A stretch of DNA of 64,000 nucleotides from assembly GCA_963765625.1 (NCBI GenBank), contig CAVXXD010000013.1, forward strand, positions 103,394 through 167,393, given 5' to 3'. The position numbers and the translations under genes are program-made. Below, in pieces: positions 1 through 9,225 of the stretch. The notes under the pieces were generated by a model. That model ran no database searches. It was not told the origin of the DNA and was given only the letters and a program-made list of their open reading frames with translations. This stretch comes from an uncultured bacterium. GTDB lineage: Bacteria > Actinomycetota > Geothermincolia > Geothermincolales > Geothermincolaceae. The number at the start of each line of letters is the position of its first letter. The stretch's first letter is position 1.

Positions 1-113
1 TCTTTAAGACGTCGAAATGGCAAGGGGTTTTACGCATGAAACCGGGAATGGGCGAGGGGAAACGTCCTTTGACAAAACGTTTCCCCTCGAATCTTACAGA
101 AGGAAGCAGCAGC

Positions 114-398
114 CTACTTTTTACCCTTGTTGACGGAATCCTTCAGGGTGGCGCCCGGCTTGAACGCTACGGACTTGGTAGCCTTGATCTTGATCTCCTC
201 ACGGGTGCGGGGGTTGATGCCCTTGCGGGCCTTCCTGGCGCGCACCTCGAAGGTTCCAAATCCGACCAGCGTGACCTTGTCGCCCTTCTTCAAGGCCTTC
301 TCGATGGACGCGAGGACCGCGTCCAGGGCTGCGGCGGCGTCTTTCTTGGTCAGATCAGCCGACTTTGCAACTTCCGCTACCAGCTCAGTCTTGTTCAC
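114..398 (-). CDS. hup: DNA-binding protein HU
   Basis: 94 aa; classic HU/IHF fold signature (GFGTFEVRARKARKGINPRT, basic C-terminal arm). Confidence 0.9.
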   Translation of the reverse strand: MNKTELVAEVAKSADLTKKDAAAALDAVLASIEKALKKGDKVTLVGFGTFEVRARKARKGINPRTREEIKIKATKSVAFKPGATLKDSVNKGKK

Positions 399-568
399 TT
401 TTTACCTCCTTTACAAGCCCTCTAATTTCAAGGAGAACTTCGCCCCCTCCCTCCTGAATTCCTTTTAAATACTGGAAATTTTTAAGGTCAGGCCGAAATA
501 TTTCAGGAATCATGCCAGATTCAGGCGGCTTGTGAGAAGAAATACCTGGTAAACGAGGGTCTAGGCCA

Positions 569-1351
569 TTAGATGGAGAGGCCGTCGAGGGCGCGGTCGA
601 TCTCCTTGATCACGCGCTCCTGCCCCTCCAGGATGCGGGCCAGCTCCAGCGATTCCTTTACTTCCTTGCCGCCCAGTTCGCCCAGGGCGCGCACCGCCTC
701 GATGCGGTCGGTCTCCACCTTGCTGGAGAGCATGCGCAGGAGATGGTTGATGGAGCCACGCGCCTTGAGCTTGCCCATGGCCCGGGCAGCCTGGGCCCGC
801 ACGCCGGGCGAGGGGTCGTCCAGCAGTTCGCTGATGGGTGACCACAGGGTGGCCTCGTCGACGTTGGAAAGGGAGTCGATGGCCCGCAGGCGCACGATGT
901 TGGCGTTGTCGCTCAGGGCGTCGATAAGGAAGGCTACGCTCCGCCGGTCGGAGAACTCGCCCAGCCCGCGCACCGCGTTGTAACGCAGTATCAGCGAGGG
1001 GTTGCGGGTCATGCGGCAGAGGGCGGGGACGGCCCGGGGGTCACGCAGTTCGGCCAGCGCGTCGATGATGAACTGGGCCACTCCCGCTTCTTCACGGCGC
1101 AGGTGGCGCAGCAGGGGGACCACCGCCTTGTTGTTGCCGATGCCCCCCAGGGCGCGGATGGCGCCCTTGCGTACTTCGGGATTGGGGTTGTCCAGGGCGG
1201 TCAGCAGTGCCGGCAGGGCCGCCTCGCCCAGGCGGATGAGCAGGTCGGAGGCCTGCATGCGTAAATGGGCCTGGGGGTGTCCCAGGACCTTGACCAGCCC
1301 TTCGACATCACTCTCATCCATCATCCGGTGGAAGTCCGGTGGGTTGTTCAT
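569..1351 (-). CDS. HEAT-repeat (PBS-lyase-like) protein
   Basis: Repeated ~30-aa units such as EVRKGAIRALGGIGNNKAVVPLL and IVRLRAIDSLSNV typical of PBS-lyase HEAT repeats. Start moved to the ATG at 1351 preceded by GGAGGTGG. Confidence 0.6.
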   Translation of the reverse strand: MNNPPDFHRMMDESDVEGLVKVLGHPQAHLRMQASDLLIRLGEAALPALLTALDNPNPEVRKGAIRALGGIGNNKAVVPLLRHLRREEAGVAQFIIDALAELRDPRAVPALCRMTRNPSLILRYNAVRGLGEFSDRRSVAFLIDALSDNANIVRLRAIDSLSNVDEATLWSPISELLDDPSPGVRAQAARAMGKLKARGSINHLLRMLSSKVETDRIEAVRALGELGGKEVKESLELARILEGQERVIKEIDRALDGLSI

Positions 1352-1423
1352 GCATCCACCTCCAGGAAGCCACTTCGCACACTTATTATATATGCCAGAC
1401 ATGGCTTATATAAACGATTTAGA

Positions 1424-2269
1424 TCAGAGGCCCGAAACCGGCTTGGCCTTCTTCGCTTCCTCCGGCAGCACTATCTGGATGTCCGCGCCGTAATCGTAGA
1501 ACTCGGTGGTGAAGGACATCACCACCAGCCCGATCATGGGCGTGTTGGGCATGTTCATGACCGTCTCCTGCTTCTGCAGGTGGCCGCTGCTGCGATAGAT
1601 GGTACTGGTTATGGTGGCCGTGGAGCCCTGCATCAACTGGAGCAGGCTGTTGTAGACAGCCAGTTCTTCTTCGGTCTGGTAGAGGTCCTTTTTCTTTTCC
1701 AGGGAAGAGACGAGGTATTCATTCCCCGCGTCGAACGACAGGATGACTCTCTCGGGGCTGTCCTCGATCACGTTGATCTCGCCCACGAAGCCCATCATCT
1801 TCTCAAAGTCCTCATGGGAGAAGAAATACATGCTGGAGAGGTTGAGGCGCTGGGAGGCGAGGTCCGTCACCGTCCAGCCGCCCGACTTGGTGTATTGATA
1901 AGAAAGGTTGTCGACGATGTAGTTCTCGGTGGTCTCGGCCATCCCCTTGGACACGGAGTGCTGGCTGTAGTCGCCGTCCTGCTGCGTTGTCTCTCCCTCC
2001 AGCGAGAGGTAGCTGGGGAATCTCGAGGCGACGGTGGCCTTGTCCGCGTCGCTCAACTCGGGGAACTCGTATTTGACCTCGGAACGGAAACGGTAACTCG
2101 GAGCCTCGGCCATCATCTGGTAGGCCGACTCGATGTACTCCCTCGCTTCGTCCTGGCTCATCGCCTTGTCGCCGCACCCCGTCGCCGCCGGCAGCGCCGC
2201 CACCGCCAGCGATACGAACAGAACCGCCGCTATCCATCTTCTTCCGAAATTTCTTCTGAAAACATGCAT
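1424..2269 (-). CDS. putative secreted lipoprotein, hypothetical
   Basis: N-terminal signal peptide with a lipobox-like AATGC; no recognised catalytic motif. Confidence 0.4.
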   Translation of the reverse strand: MHVFRRNFGRRWIAAVLFVSLAVAALPAATGCGDKAMSQDEAREYIESAYQMMAEAPSYRFRSEVKYEFPELSDADKATVASRFPSYLSLEGETTQQDGDYSQHSVSKGMAETTENYIVDNLSYQYTKSGGWTVTDLASQRLNLSSMYFFSHEDFEKMMGFVGEINVIEDSPERVILSFDAGNEYLVSSLEKKKDLYQTEEELAVYNSLLQLMQGSTATITSTIYRSSGHLQKQETVMNMPNTPMIGLVVMSFTTEFYDYGADIQIVLPEEAKKAKPVSGL

Positions 2270-2404
2270 GGCGCACATCCTTTCTTTTATCGTATCTGAC
2301 TATATCACGCGAACGCGACAACCCGCTCCGAGCAAAGCCATCCCGGCAGATGATTGTGGTATCATCGAAGCAGCGAAACTGGCTGCGCGGACCCCGGAGT
2401 GAAG

Positions 2405-3169
2405 ATGAGATACGGCATCATCTCGGACATCCATTCGAACCTGGAAGGCTTAACCGCCGTGTTGGAGTCCCTGGAAGAAGCAAGGGTTGATTCCATCCTC
2501 TGCTGCGGCGACATCGTGGGCTACGGGGCGGAGCCGGTGGCCTGCCTGGAAATGCTGCTGAGCAGAGATGTCGTCTGTATCAAGGGCAACCATGAAAGGG
2601 GCCTGGTGGACCTGGCGGAAGACCGGGAACCGGCCATGAACGAGCTGGCCCTTGCCGCCATCGAGTATTCCGAGCAGCAGCTGGAACCGGAGAACAAGAT
2701 GATCCTCCTGGGGTTCCCGGACCTCAAGGAGATAAACTCGGAGTTCTACATCTTCCACGGCTCCCCCACCCACCCGGACGACTACATCTTCGATCCCTTC
2801 GACGCTCAGTACGCCTTCAAGTCCCTGCGCACGCATTACCATGAGCCCGCCAACCACCTCGGTTTCGTCGGGCATACCCACGTCTGCGCCATCTACCTGC
2901 TGGAGCGGGAGGCCCAGAAGCTGGTCCACGGCGAGGTCTCCAAGCCCGGCCGCATCGGGCTGCCCGAGAACCACGACGTCATCATCAACGTGGGTAGCTG
3001 CGGGCAGTACCGGGGCGGCATGGTCGTGGCTTCTTTCTGCGTCTACAACTCGGAGGAACGGGCCGTGGAGTTCCACTTCGTCGAGTACGACGTGGGGAGT
3101 GCCATGAAGAAGATCCACGAAGCGGGCCTGCCCACCGAACTGGCCGACCGCCTCGCGCTGGGCATGTGA
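2405..3169 (+). CDS. metallophosphoesterase (calcineurin-like phosphoesterase)
   Basis: MRYGIISDIHSN...CCGDIVGYG...GNHE motif series; start at 2405 after a GGAG-type RBS. Confidence 0.75.
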   Translation: MRYGIISDIHSNLEGLTAVLESLEEARVDSILCCGDIVGYGAEPVACLEMLLSRDVVCIKGNHERGLVDLAEDREPAMNELALAAIEYSEQQLEPENKMILLGFPDLKEINSEFYIFHGSPTHPDDYIFDPFDAQYAFKSLRTHYHEPANHLGFVGHTHVCAIYLLEREAQKLVHGEVSKPGRIGLPENHDVIINVGSCGQYRGGMVVASFCVYNSEERAVEFHFVEYDVGSAMKKIHEAGLPTELADRLALGM

Positions 3170-3291
3170 CCCGCCGGGCCGTCCGGCCCTGTGACAATTC
3201 GCGCTTTACCATGTTACGCTCTTGCATACTCGGTGTTATGGAGTGAGAATTGAGCGTACCGTAAAGCTGTAAACAGGGAGGTTCTTTAAAG

Positions 3292-4026
3292 ATGAAGGCA
3301 AAGCTGCCCAGGAAACTGTGGATAATGACCGTGGCCATCTACGCCACTTTGCGGATATCCATCCTCAACATCCTCAAAGTCTATGTCGGGGGCGGCTACA
3401 GCCGCGCCTATGCCGACCGCATATTCCGTTGGTACGCCAACCTGTTGTGCGATTCGGTGAGGATGCGGCGCATTGTCAACGACCCCTACGGCTTGGAGTT
3501 AGAGCCGGGTAAGCCTTACATGGTGATGTGCAACCACCGCAGCCTCTACGACATCCCCCTGTCGGTGGTCAGCCTCCCCGGCAGTGTGCGCATGCTATCC
3601 AAGCAGGAACTCCGCCGCGTGCCTGTCTGGGGCAAGGCGCTCGATTGCGGGGAATTCGTCTTCATCGACCGCTCCGACCTGGAGAAGGCCAAGAAGTCGC
3701 TGGCCGTGGCGCGCAAGGTGATGGAGAGCGGCGTACTGCTCTGGGTCGCGGCCGAGGGCACCCGTTCCGACGACGGCAAGCTCGGCAAGTTCAAGAAGGG
3801 CGGGTTTGTCACCGCCATCGAGGCGGGAGCCACTATCATACCGGTGGGAATTACGGGGACGGAGAAGGTCCTGCCCCCGCGGACCTACGATTTCCACCTC
3901 GACCAGGAGGTCTTCTTCAACATCGGCAAGCCCATCGACGCGTCCGTCTACACCATGGAACAGAGGGATGAACTGATTGAAGTGGTGCGGACCGCTATGG
4001 CTGAGCTTACCGGCGAGACCGCGTAG
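3292..4026 (+). CDS. plsC: 1-acyl-sn-glycerol-3-phosphate acyltransferase
   Basis: NHRSLYD (HX4D) acyltransferase motif, downstream EGTRS motif, N-terminal TM segment; RBS GGGAGG. Confidence 0.8.
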   Translation: MKAKLPRKLWIMTVAIYATLRISILNILKVYVGGGYSRAYADRIFRWYANLLCDSVRMRRIVNDPYGLELEPGKPYMVMCNHRSLYDIPLSVVSLPGSVRMLSKQELRRVPVWGKALDCGEFVFIDRSDLEKAKKSLAVARKVMESGVLLWVAAEGTRSDDGKLGKFKKGGFVTAIEAGATIIPVGITGTEKVLPPRTYDFHLDQEVFFNIGKPIDASVYTMEQRDELIEVVRTAMAELTGETA

Positions 4027-4036
4027 GAGACAACCT

Positions 4037-4070
4037 CTGTCATTGCGAGGAGCGCGGCGACGAAGCAACC
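4037..4070. repeat. single copy of the GTCATTGCGAGGAGCGCGGCGACGAAGCAA unit
   Basis: Differs at only about 3 of 30 nt from the reverse complement of the right arm at 5627-5658; lies just after the plsC stop. Confidence 0.5.
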
Positions 4071-4081
4071 TGATTGCACAC

Positions 4082-5026
4082 CTATTTCTTTTTCTTGTGG
4101 GGTGAGGGGCCGGGCTTGCGCGACGGGACCTGGGCCTTGCCGCCCGACGCGTCTTTCTTCCCGGACGAGGGAAGCTGCTTCTTCTCCACCTTTTTGGGCT
4201 CCGTCTTCTTAGGCTGGGGCGCCTTGGCATCCTTGGCGGGATTCTTCTTTTTAATCTCCCTCTCCTCCACCTCCACCTGGTCGAGGAAGTGGTTGAAGGC
4301 CGCGGCGATGTAGGCGGTTTTGGCCCCTTCGATGAAGGACAGCACCACGATGGCCAGGATACGGATAAGCGCGAACATTATCCCCAGGTCAACGGCGAGG
4401 GGCAGCAGGATACCGAAGAGCAGCAGGGCGCCGCACTCCACCATCATGGGCACCAGTACCAGGGGCAGGGCGCGCTTGTATCTTCCCTTGATCAGTTGCT
4501 GGCTCATCCGCAGCACGCCCGAAGGGTTGGGGGTCTCCTCCTCGAAGTCGTGGCGCAGGGTGGCCAGTTGGGGGACCAGGGCATAGAAGGTCAGGGCCAG
4601 TGCCAGCAGGATGTAGACGAGGAAGTAAAATATGATGCCGATGGCGGTGCTCGCGGTAGCGCTGGTCGCCAGCACCAGCATGTTGAGGAGCATGGGGATG
4701 ACGAAATAGCTGGCCGCGAATACCCCCAGGCCGAAGATGGCCGAGAGGTTGAGGAACTTCAGGGGCTGGTAAGCCAGCACTGCTCGCGCCTCCGCCAGCA
4801 TCTCCCGGGTACCCACCTCGGGCTCGCCCCCGTAGGTGTAGGCCGCCATGCACCAGGCCAGGAAGAGAAGCATGTACGTGAGGAGGAACCCCAGGATGAA
4901 CACCACGTCCGGCGCCCCCGTGGAGACGGCGAAAGTATAGGGGACGCACGCAGCCGACACCAGCAGCCAGACCAGCGGGCGCGAGCGGAAGCTCTTCCAG
5001 GCCCTGAGCAGTAACTCTTTCTCCAT
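4082..5026 (-). CDS. hypothetical polytopic membrane protein with Lys-rich C-terminal tail
   Basis: Multiple hydrophobic helices followed by a ~70-aa K/P-rich tail; start chosen at 5026 (MEKELLL) with AAAGGGGAG RBS rather than the track start at 5086. Confidence 0.45.
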   Translation of the reverse strand: MEKELLLRAWKSFRSRPLVWLLVSAACVPYTFAVSTGAPDVVFILGFLLTYMLLFLAWCMAAYTYGGEPEVGTREMLAEARAVLAYQPLKFLNLSAIFGLGVFAASYFVIPMLLNMLVLATSATASTAIGIIFYFLVYILLALALTFYALVPQLATLRHDFEEETPNPSGVLRMSQQLIKGRYKRALPLVLVPMMVECGALLLFGILLPLAVDLGIMFALIRILAIVVLSFIEGAKTAYIAAAFNHFLDQVEVEEREIKKKNPAKDAKAPQPKKTEPKKVEKKQLPSSGKKDASGGKAQVPSRKPGPSPHKKKK

Positions 5027-5114
5027 GTCTTTCTTCGTCTCCCCTTTCGTCTTTGTAACCTTATGCGCCGCCCGCCTGTTCGTCAAGAATCCTATATAAT
5101 AAGAACCTGATGCG

Positions 5115-5160
5115 TGTGGAGGGTGTGGAGGTTGATGACAGGCACCATGTGGAGGTGGGG
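5115..5160 (+). promoter_or_regulatory. G-rich GTGGAGG-repeat motif, copy A (TGTGGAGGGTGTGGAGGTTGATGACAGGCACCATGTGGAGGTGGGG), includes the RBS of the 5162 gene
   Basis: About 44-nt near-identical match to 26666-26709. Confidence 0.45.
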
Positions 5161-5161
5161 T

Positions 5162-5590
5162 ATGAAAGAGACCGAGGGGAAGAAGAAGTTCGACAAGAAG
5201 CTATTGCTGCTGCCGTTACTGTCCTTGCTGCTCATCCCCCTGCTGGCGGCACGCCGGGCGCTCGGGTTCTTGAATAAGAGAAAAGAGCGCGCCGCCGTCA
5301 AGGCCCTGGCCAGACAGCTGGTACAGGAGCGCAAGAGCGGCAGGAAAAGCGGGAAGAGCGTGAAGGGCAAAAAGGCCGGCAAGGCCTCCGTCAAGGTCGT
5401 CGTCAGGGAGGCCGCGGAGTCACGGGCAGGCGTCATCACTCAGGTCAAAAACCTCTTGAGCAAGAGGATGGTCAAGTTCATACTGATGGCGCTGGCGGAG
5501 CGGATCATCGCCGCTCAGCGGGCCAAGATGAAGGAATCACTCCCATCCATACCCTTGAGCGGGCGCCTCTCCAAAGCCAAAGACATCTGA
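5162..5590 (+). CDS. hypothetical Lys/Arg-rich protein with N-terminal TM segment
   Basis: ORF in the 5114 frame; start at 5162 (MKETEGKKK) directly after GGAGGTGGGG. No recognised domain. Confidence 0.35.
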   Translation: MKETEGKKKFDKKLLLLPLLSLLLIPLLAARRALGFLNKRKERAAVKALARQLVQERKSGRKSGKSVKGKKAGKASVKVVVREAAESRAGVITQVKNLLSKRMVKFILMALAERIIAAQRAKMKESLPSIPLSGRLSKAKDI

Positions 5591-5596
5591 TTGCCG

Positions 5597-5658
5597 CTGT
5601 CATTGCGAGCGAAGCGAAGCAATCATATTGCTTCGCCGCTGTGCTCCTCGCAATGACA
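5597..5658. repeat. inverted repeat built from the GTCATTGCGAG(GAG)CG..GAAGCAAT unit (second repeat family); bidirectional terminator-like hairpin
   Basis: Arms 5597-5623 and 5627-5658 pair as a ~27-bp hairpin between convergent genes; the same unit occurs singly at 4037-4070. Confidence 0.6.
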
Positions 5659-5662
5659 TGGG

Positions 5663-5866
5663 TTAGAAACCGGTTTTGATGCCTTTGTCTTTGCGCGCCT
5701 CTTCCTCCGCCGCGATGATCAGGTCGTAAGCCTTACGGTAGAGCCCGAAGTACTCGTCGGCGCTGGTGTACGCCGCCTTCTCCTTCTCGTCCGCGAAATC
5801 AAGGTAGCTCTTCACCAGTTCCAGCGCCACCTCGGCCGAAGTCTTGGACAGAAAACCGTTGGGCAT
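5663..5866 (-). CDS. hypothetical small protein (67 aa)
   Basis: Intact ORF with coding-like composition, convergent with the upstream gene; no recognisable motif. Confidence 0.3.
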   Translation of the reverse strand: MPNGFLSKTSAEVALELVKSYLDFADEKEKAAYTSADEYFGLYRKAYDLIIAAEEEARKDKGIKTGF

Positions 5867-5965
5867 GATGTTACCTCCATCGGGTTGCCTCTTCTATATT
5901 CCACACTCGCCTCATTTTACCAGATAAACGAATTCCGCTATGATGTTCGGGTGAGGTGAGCCCTA

Positions 5966-6334
5966 TTGCAGAACGACGTCGTTTTCGCGGTCCTGTCAAC
6001 CCTGCTCGGTACCTTTTTCATGGCCTGGACATCCTCCTACTGCCGCCGGATGCGGTCGATGGGCGGTGACTTCTCGCGCCGCATAGTGATGAAGATACTC
6101 GACGGGGACGCTGCCCCCGATGAGGTGGATGAAGAGATAACCCACCTGCGCGGACGCCTGTTCGCCACCGGCCTGGCCTTGCTGGGCCTGGCCGCCGCCC
6201 TGCTGGCCTCCTGCCTGATGCTGTGGCTCTTCGATTCCAGCCTGAGCCCTCTCTACCCGGCCGGCCTGGCTTCTCTCTCCCTCTGCCTCGCCCTCAGCGC
6301 CTTCATCCTGCGGGGCAGCATCTCCACGGCCTGA
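5966..6334 (+). CDS. hypothetical small membrane protein
   Basis: Three predicted TM helices; TTG/alternative start uncertain. Confidence 0.25.
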   Translation: MQNDVVFAVLSTLLGTFFMAWTSSYCRRMRSMGGDFSRRIVMKILDGDAAPDEVDEEITHLRGRLFATGLALLGLAAALLASCLMLWLFDSSLSPLYPAGLASLSLCLALSAFILRGSISTA

Positions 6335-6450
6335 AGAACGCTTCCCTGGAGGCCCCATCCCCGCTCTATTAAAGGGATTGTGCGTCATAACGCTGTATAA
6401 TATCTTGAAACATCCTTGAAAAGAACCGAGTCTGGAAGACCCATACGAAT

Positions 6451-8697
6451 ATGAAAAAGAAGAACGTCCTGATACTGTACCTGAACTTCCTACCCCACCT
6501 GGCCTTCTGGTTGATCGCGGCCTTCGGGTACGTCCGCTACGCTTCCTACGCCGGCCTGGCCCTGGCGCTGCTGGTAAGCCTGGCCACCTGGAAAGTCTGC
6601 GGCCTGGCGCCCCTTGTCTATTTCAACCTGCTCTTCTTCGCCATCGCCGCGACGGCTTCGCTGACCATGGGTACCAGCATCGAAAAGAGGCTGCCCAACC
6701 TGATGTCGGGCGAGTTCGTCTCCCTTCTTCTGATGTCTTTCTACACCATCCTCTTCGAAGGGCAACCCTTCTTTCTGGACTTCGCCTCGCGCGACTACCC
6801 GGAGAGCATGCATTACAACCCCCTCTTCAGGAGGACCTACTCCTGGCTGACCTATGTCTGGACGGCTTGCTTCGCGGCCGGCCTGGGGGTCTCGGCCTTC
6901 TCACTCCTGACGCTGTCCGGCGAGACCGCCCGCATGGTGCCCGCCGTGACCTGCTCCGTCATGCTGGTGGTGCTGGCCGTCACCACCTCGGTGGTGATCA
7001 TGCTCATGCCCCGCTTCTTCGGGCGTCACCTGCTGGCCAAGTCCAACCTCAAGGGCACCTGGACGGCTCCCACTCTCGACCCCGACCGCAAGCTGCGCGA
7101 GAGCGAGTTCGACGTAGCCGTCATCGGGGCCGGAATAGGCGGCTTGACCTGCGCCGCCATGCTGGCTAAGGCCGGCTTGAAGGTCCTCCTGGCCGAGCAG
7201 CGCAAGCAAGTGGGGGGCTACTGTTCCTCGGTGACCCGCGACGGCTTCGTACTCAACGTGGGCCCCACCGTCTTCACCGGGGTGAGGGAAGGAGGAGCCC
7301 TCTCCCTCCTCCTCGAGAACCTGGGCATCCGGGACCGCGTCCCCTTCGCCCGCCCTACCCTGGGGGCCATCACCGACGCTAACGCCATGCGCATCACCGA
7401 CAACGTGGAATCCTATATCAACAAGCTGATAACCAAATTCCCGGGTGATGAAGAAGGGTTGCTCCGCTTCCTCACCGACCTCCGCTCCTTCCGCGGTGAG
7501 CTCAACGACCACAAGGAGCCCGGCCTCCCCATACTGGTGGAGGACCTCGAGGACTTCAACGAGCAGTTCTACGCCTATCCCATCATCTCGAAATGGCACA
7601 ACCTCAACGCCGCGCAGATGCTCTACGAATACTTCGGCGACCCGGCCCTGCGCGACCTCTTCTCCTGCCTGCTCTTCCCGGTGGCGGGGGACCCTTCGGC
7701 CATCTCGGCTTACGACGCCGGATATCTTTACAAGGAGATGCTCCTGGACGGTTGCGGCTTCCCCGTGGGGGGCTTGAGGCCCTTCACCGGCCTCCTCTCC
7801 CGTGCCTGCCACGGATTTGGGGTAACCGTGCTCACCGACTGCATGGTGGAGAAGATAATGCTCAAGGACACCTCTTCCGGGCCCCGGATAGTCGGCCTGA
7901 AGATGGAGGACGGCTCGCAGCACCGCTGCCAGATGGTGGTGATGTCCGGTGATCCCGCGCAACTCACCCACGACCTGCTGCCGCCCGATGCCCTGGGTTC
8001 CAAGTACCGGAAGAAGCTGGCGGAGATGCAGCCCTCCAACTCCTTCCAGGTTCTCTTCCTGGGGGTGGAAGGCGACCTGGACATCCCCGATCGCGTCTTC
8101 CTCACCACCGACAAGCCGCGCCGCATCCGTACCGGCAACACCTACCTGGAGATCAAGCACCTCACCATCAGCCTGCTGTCGCGCCAGGACCCCTCCCTGG
8201 CTCCGGCCGGCACCCACCTCCTCAACGTGTGGGCAGCCGTGCCGGGCAAGTGTTACGACGCCTTCACCGGCGAAACCAACCGCAAGGGCCTGGAAGAAGC
8301 CCTGACCCTCGCGATAAAGCAGGACCTGCGCCGCATCATCCCCCGCATTGACCAGCGTATCGTCTTCCAGGAGAGGCTCTCTCCCCTCCACCTGAACAAG
8401 CTCACCCTCAACACCCGTGGAGCAGCCTTCGGCTACCAGCCCTCGCTTGAGCAACACCTGTTCCACCGCCCGGACATCCACACCCCCTTCCACAACCTCT
8501 ACCTGTCCGGCGCCTGGGGACGCTACGGCCTGGGCATGGAGGGTGCCGTCGTCAACAGCATGCTGGTGGCCAGGCACATCCTGGCCGGGGGAGGGGAAGT
8601 GCCGGTGGAGGCCGAGCCTCCCATCCTGGAGGCCGAAGAATCCGGCCGGGAAAGCAGGCGCAGGCGGGGGAAGAGCAAGGCGAAAATAGAAGCCTAG
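6451..8697 (+). CDS. membrane-anchored FAD-dependent oxidoreductase, phytoene desaturase (CrtI/amine oxidase) family
   Basis: N-terminal ~190 aa with about six TM helices, then dinucleotide-binding motif DVAVIGAGIGGLTCAAMLAKAGLKVLLAEQRKQVGGYC and a CrtI-like C-terminal region. Confidence 0.65.
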   Translation: MKKKNVLILYLNFLPHLAFWLIAAFGYVRYASYAGLALALLVSLATWKVCGLAPLVYFNLLFFAIAATASLTMGTSIEKRLPNLMSGEFVSLLLMSFYTILFEGQPFFLDFASRDYPESMHYNPLFRRTYSWLTYVWTACFAAGLGVSAFSLLTLSGETARMVPAVTCSVMLVVLAVTTSVVIMLMPRFFGRHLLAKSNLKGTWTAPTLDPDRKLRESEFDVAVIGAGIGGLTCAAMLAKAGLKVLLAEQRKQVGGYCSSVTRDGFVLNVGPTVFTGVREGGALSLLLENLGIRDRVPFARPTLGAITDANAMRITDNVESYINKLITKFPGDEEGLLRFLTDLRSFRGELNDHKEPGLPILVEDLEDFNEQFYAYPIISKWHNLNAAQMLYEYFGDPALRDLFSCLLFPVAGDPSAISAYDAGYLYKEMLLDGCGFPVGGLRPFTGLLSRACHGFGVTVLTDCMVEKIMLKDTSSGPRIVGLKMEDGSQHRCQMVVMSGDPAQLTHDLLPPDALGSKYRKKLAEMQPSNSFQVLFLGVEGDLDIPDRVFLTTDKPRRIRTGNTYLEIKHLTISLLSRQDPSLAPAGTHLLNVWAAVPGKCYDAFTGETNRKGLEEALTLAIKQDLRRIIPRIDQRIVFQERLSPLHLNKLTLNTRGAAFGYQPSLEQHLFHRPDIHTPFHNLYLSGAWGRYGLGMEGAVVNSMLVARHILAGGGEVPVEAEPPILEAEESGRESRRRRGKSKAKIEA

Positions 8698-8712
8698 AGG
8701 CTCAAGGCGGGC

Positions 8713-9090
8713 TTAAGGCATGTGCTCTTCGATAATCTTCAGCAGGTCCCCGAAGACATAGGGCTTGGCGATAAAGGCCACCGCCCCCATCTCCTGGCTC
8801 CTATCGATATCTTCGTGCTGGGCCTTGACGGAGGAGACGATCACGGGGATTTCCGCCAGCTCAGGGTCCTGTTTCAGCTCTCCCAGGATCTCCCACCCCG
8901 TCTTCCCGGGCATGAGGATGTCCAGGATGATAAGGCCGGGGTGCTCATCGAGGCAGGCTTCCCGGTACTTGAGGCTGTTGGTGCACCCGGCCACGCGATA
9001 ACCGGCCCTTCCCAGCGTACGCTCCATCAATTCAACGATCACGCTGTTGTCTTCAACGACCAGAATGGTCCGCTCTCCGTCTTTCTTCAT
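8713..9090 (-). CDS. single-domain response regulator (CheY-like receiver)
   Basis: ILVVEDN...ILDILMPGKTGWE...IPVIVSS...AFIAKP receiver-domain motifs; no output domain and no adjacent kinase. Confidence 0.8.
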   Translation of the reverse strand: MKKDGERTILVVEDNSVIVELMERTLGRAGYRVAGCTNSLKYREACLDEHPGLIILDILMPGKTGWEILGELKQDPELAEIPVIVSSVKAQHEDIDRSQEMGAVAFIAKPYVFGDLLKIIEEHMP

Positions 9091-9225
9091 CGCACAGCCT
9101 CCCTGGCGGGCATTCAGGCAAATTATCTTGATTTCCTGACTTATGTGTGATTATACCCCCGTTTCCGTATATAATGTTGTACAGGGTATTTTTCGTACTC
9201 GCAAGAATACGGTTAAGGAGTGCTA

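Noticed and set aside
36-468. ORFs 36-425 (+) and 127-468 (+)
   Set aside because: Antisense to, or overlapping, the clearly conserved HU gene (114-398, -); no RBS; typical high-GC shadow ORFs.
1265-2321. Long ORFs 1265-2299 (+) and 1812-2321 (-)
   Set aside because: Overlap the HEAT-repeat and lipoprotein genes in other frames. Compositionally biased translations (R/G/H/L-rich) typical of antisense high-GC ORFs.
6901-8577. 558-aa ORF on the minus strand
   Set aside because: Fully antisense to the CrtI-fusion gene, which has clear FAD-binding motifs; the translation is G/A/V/E low-complexity.
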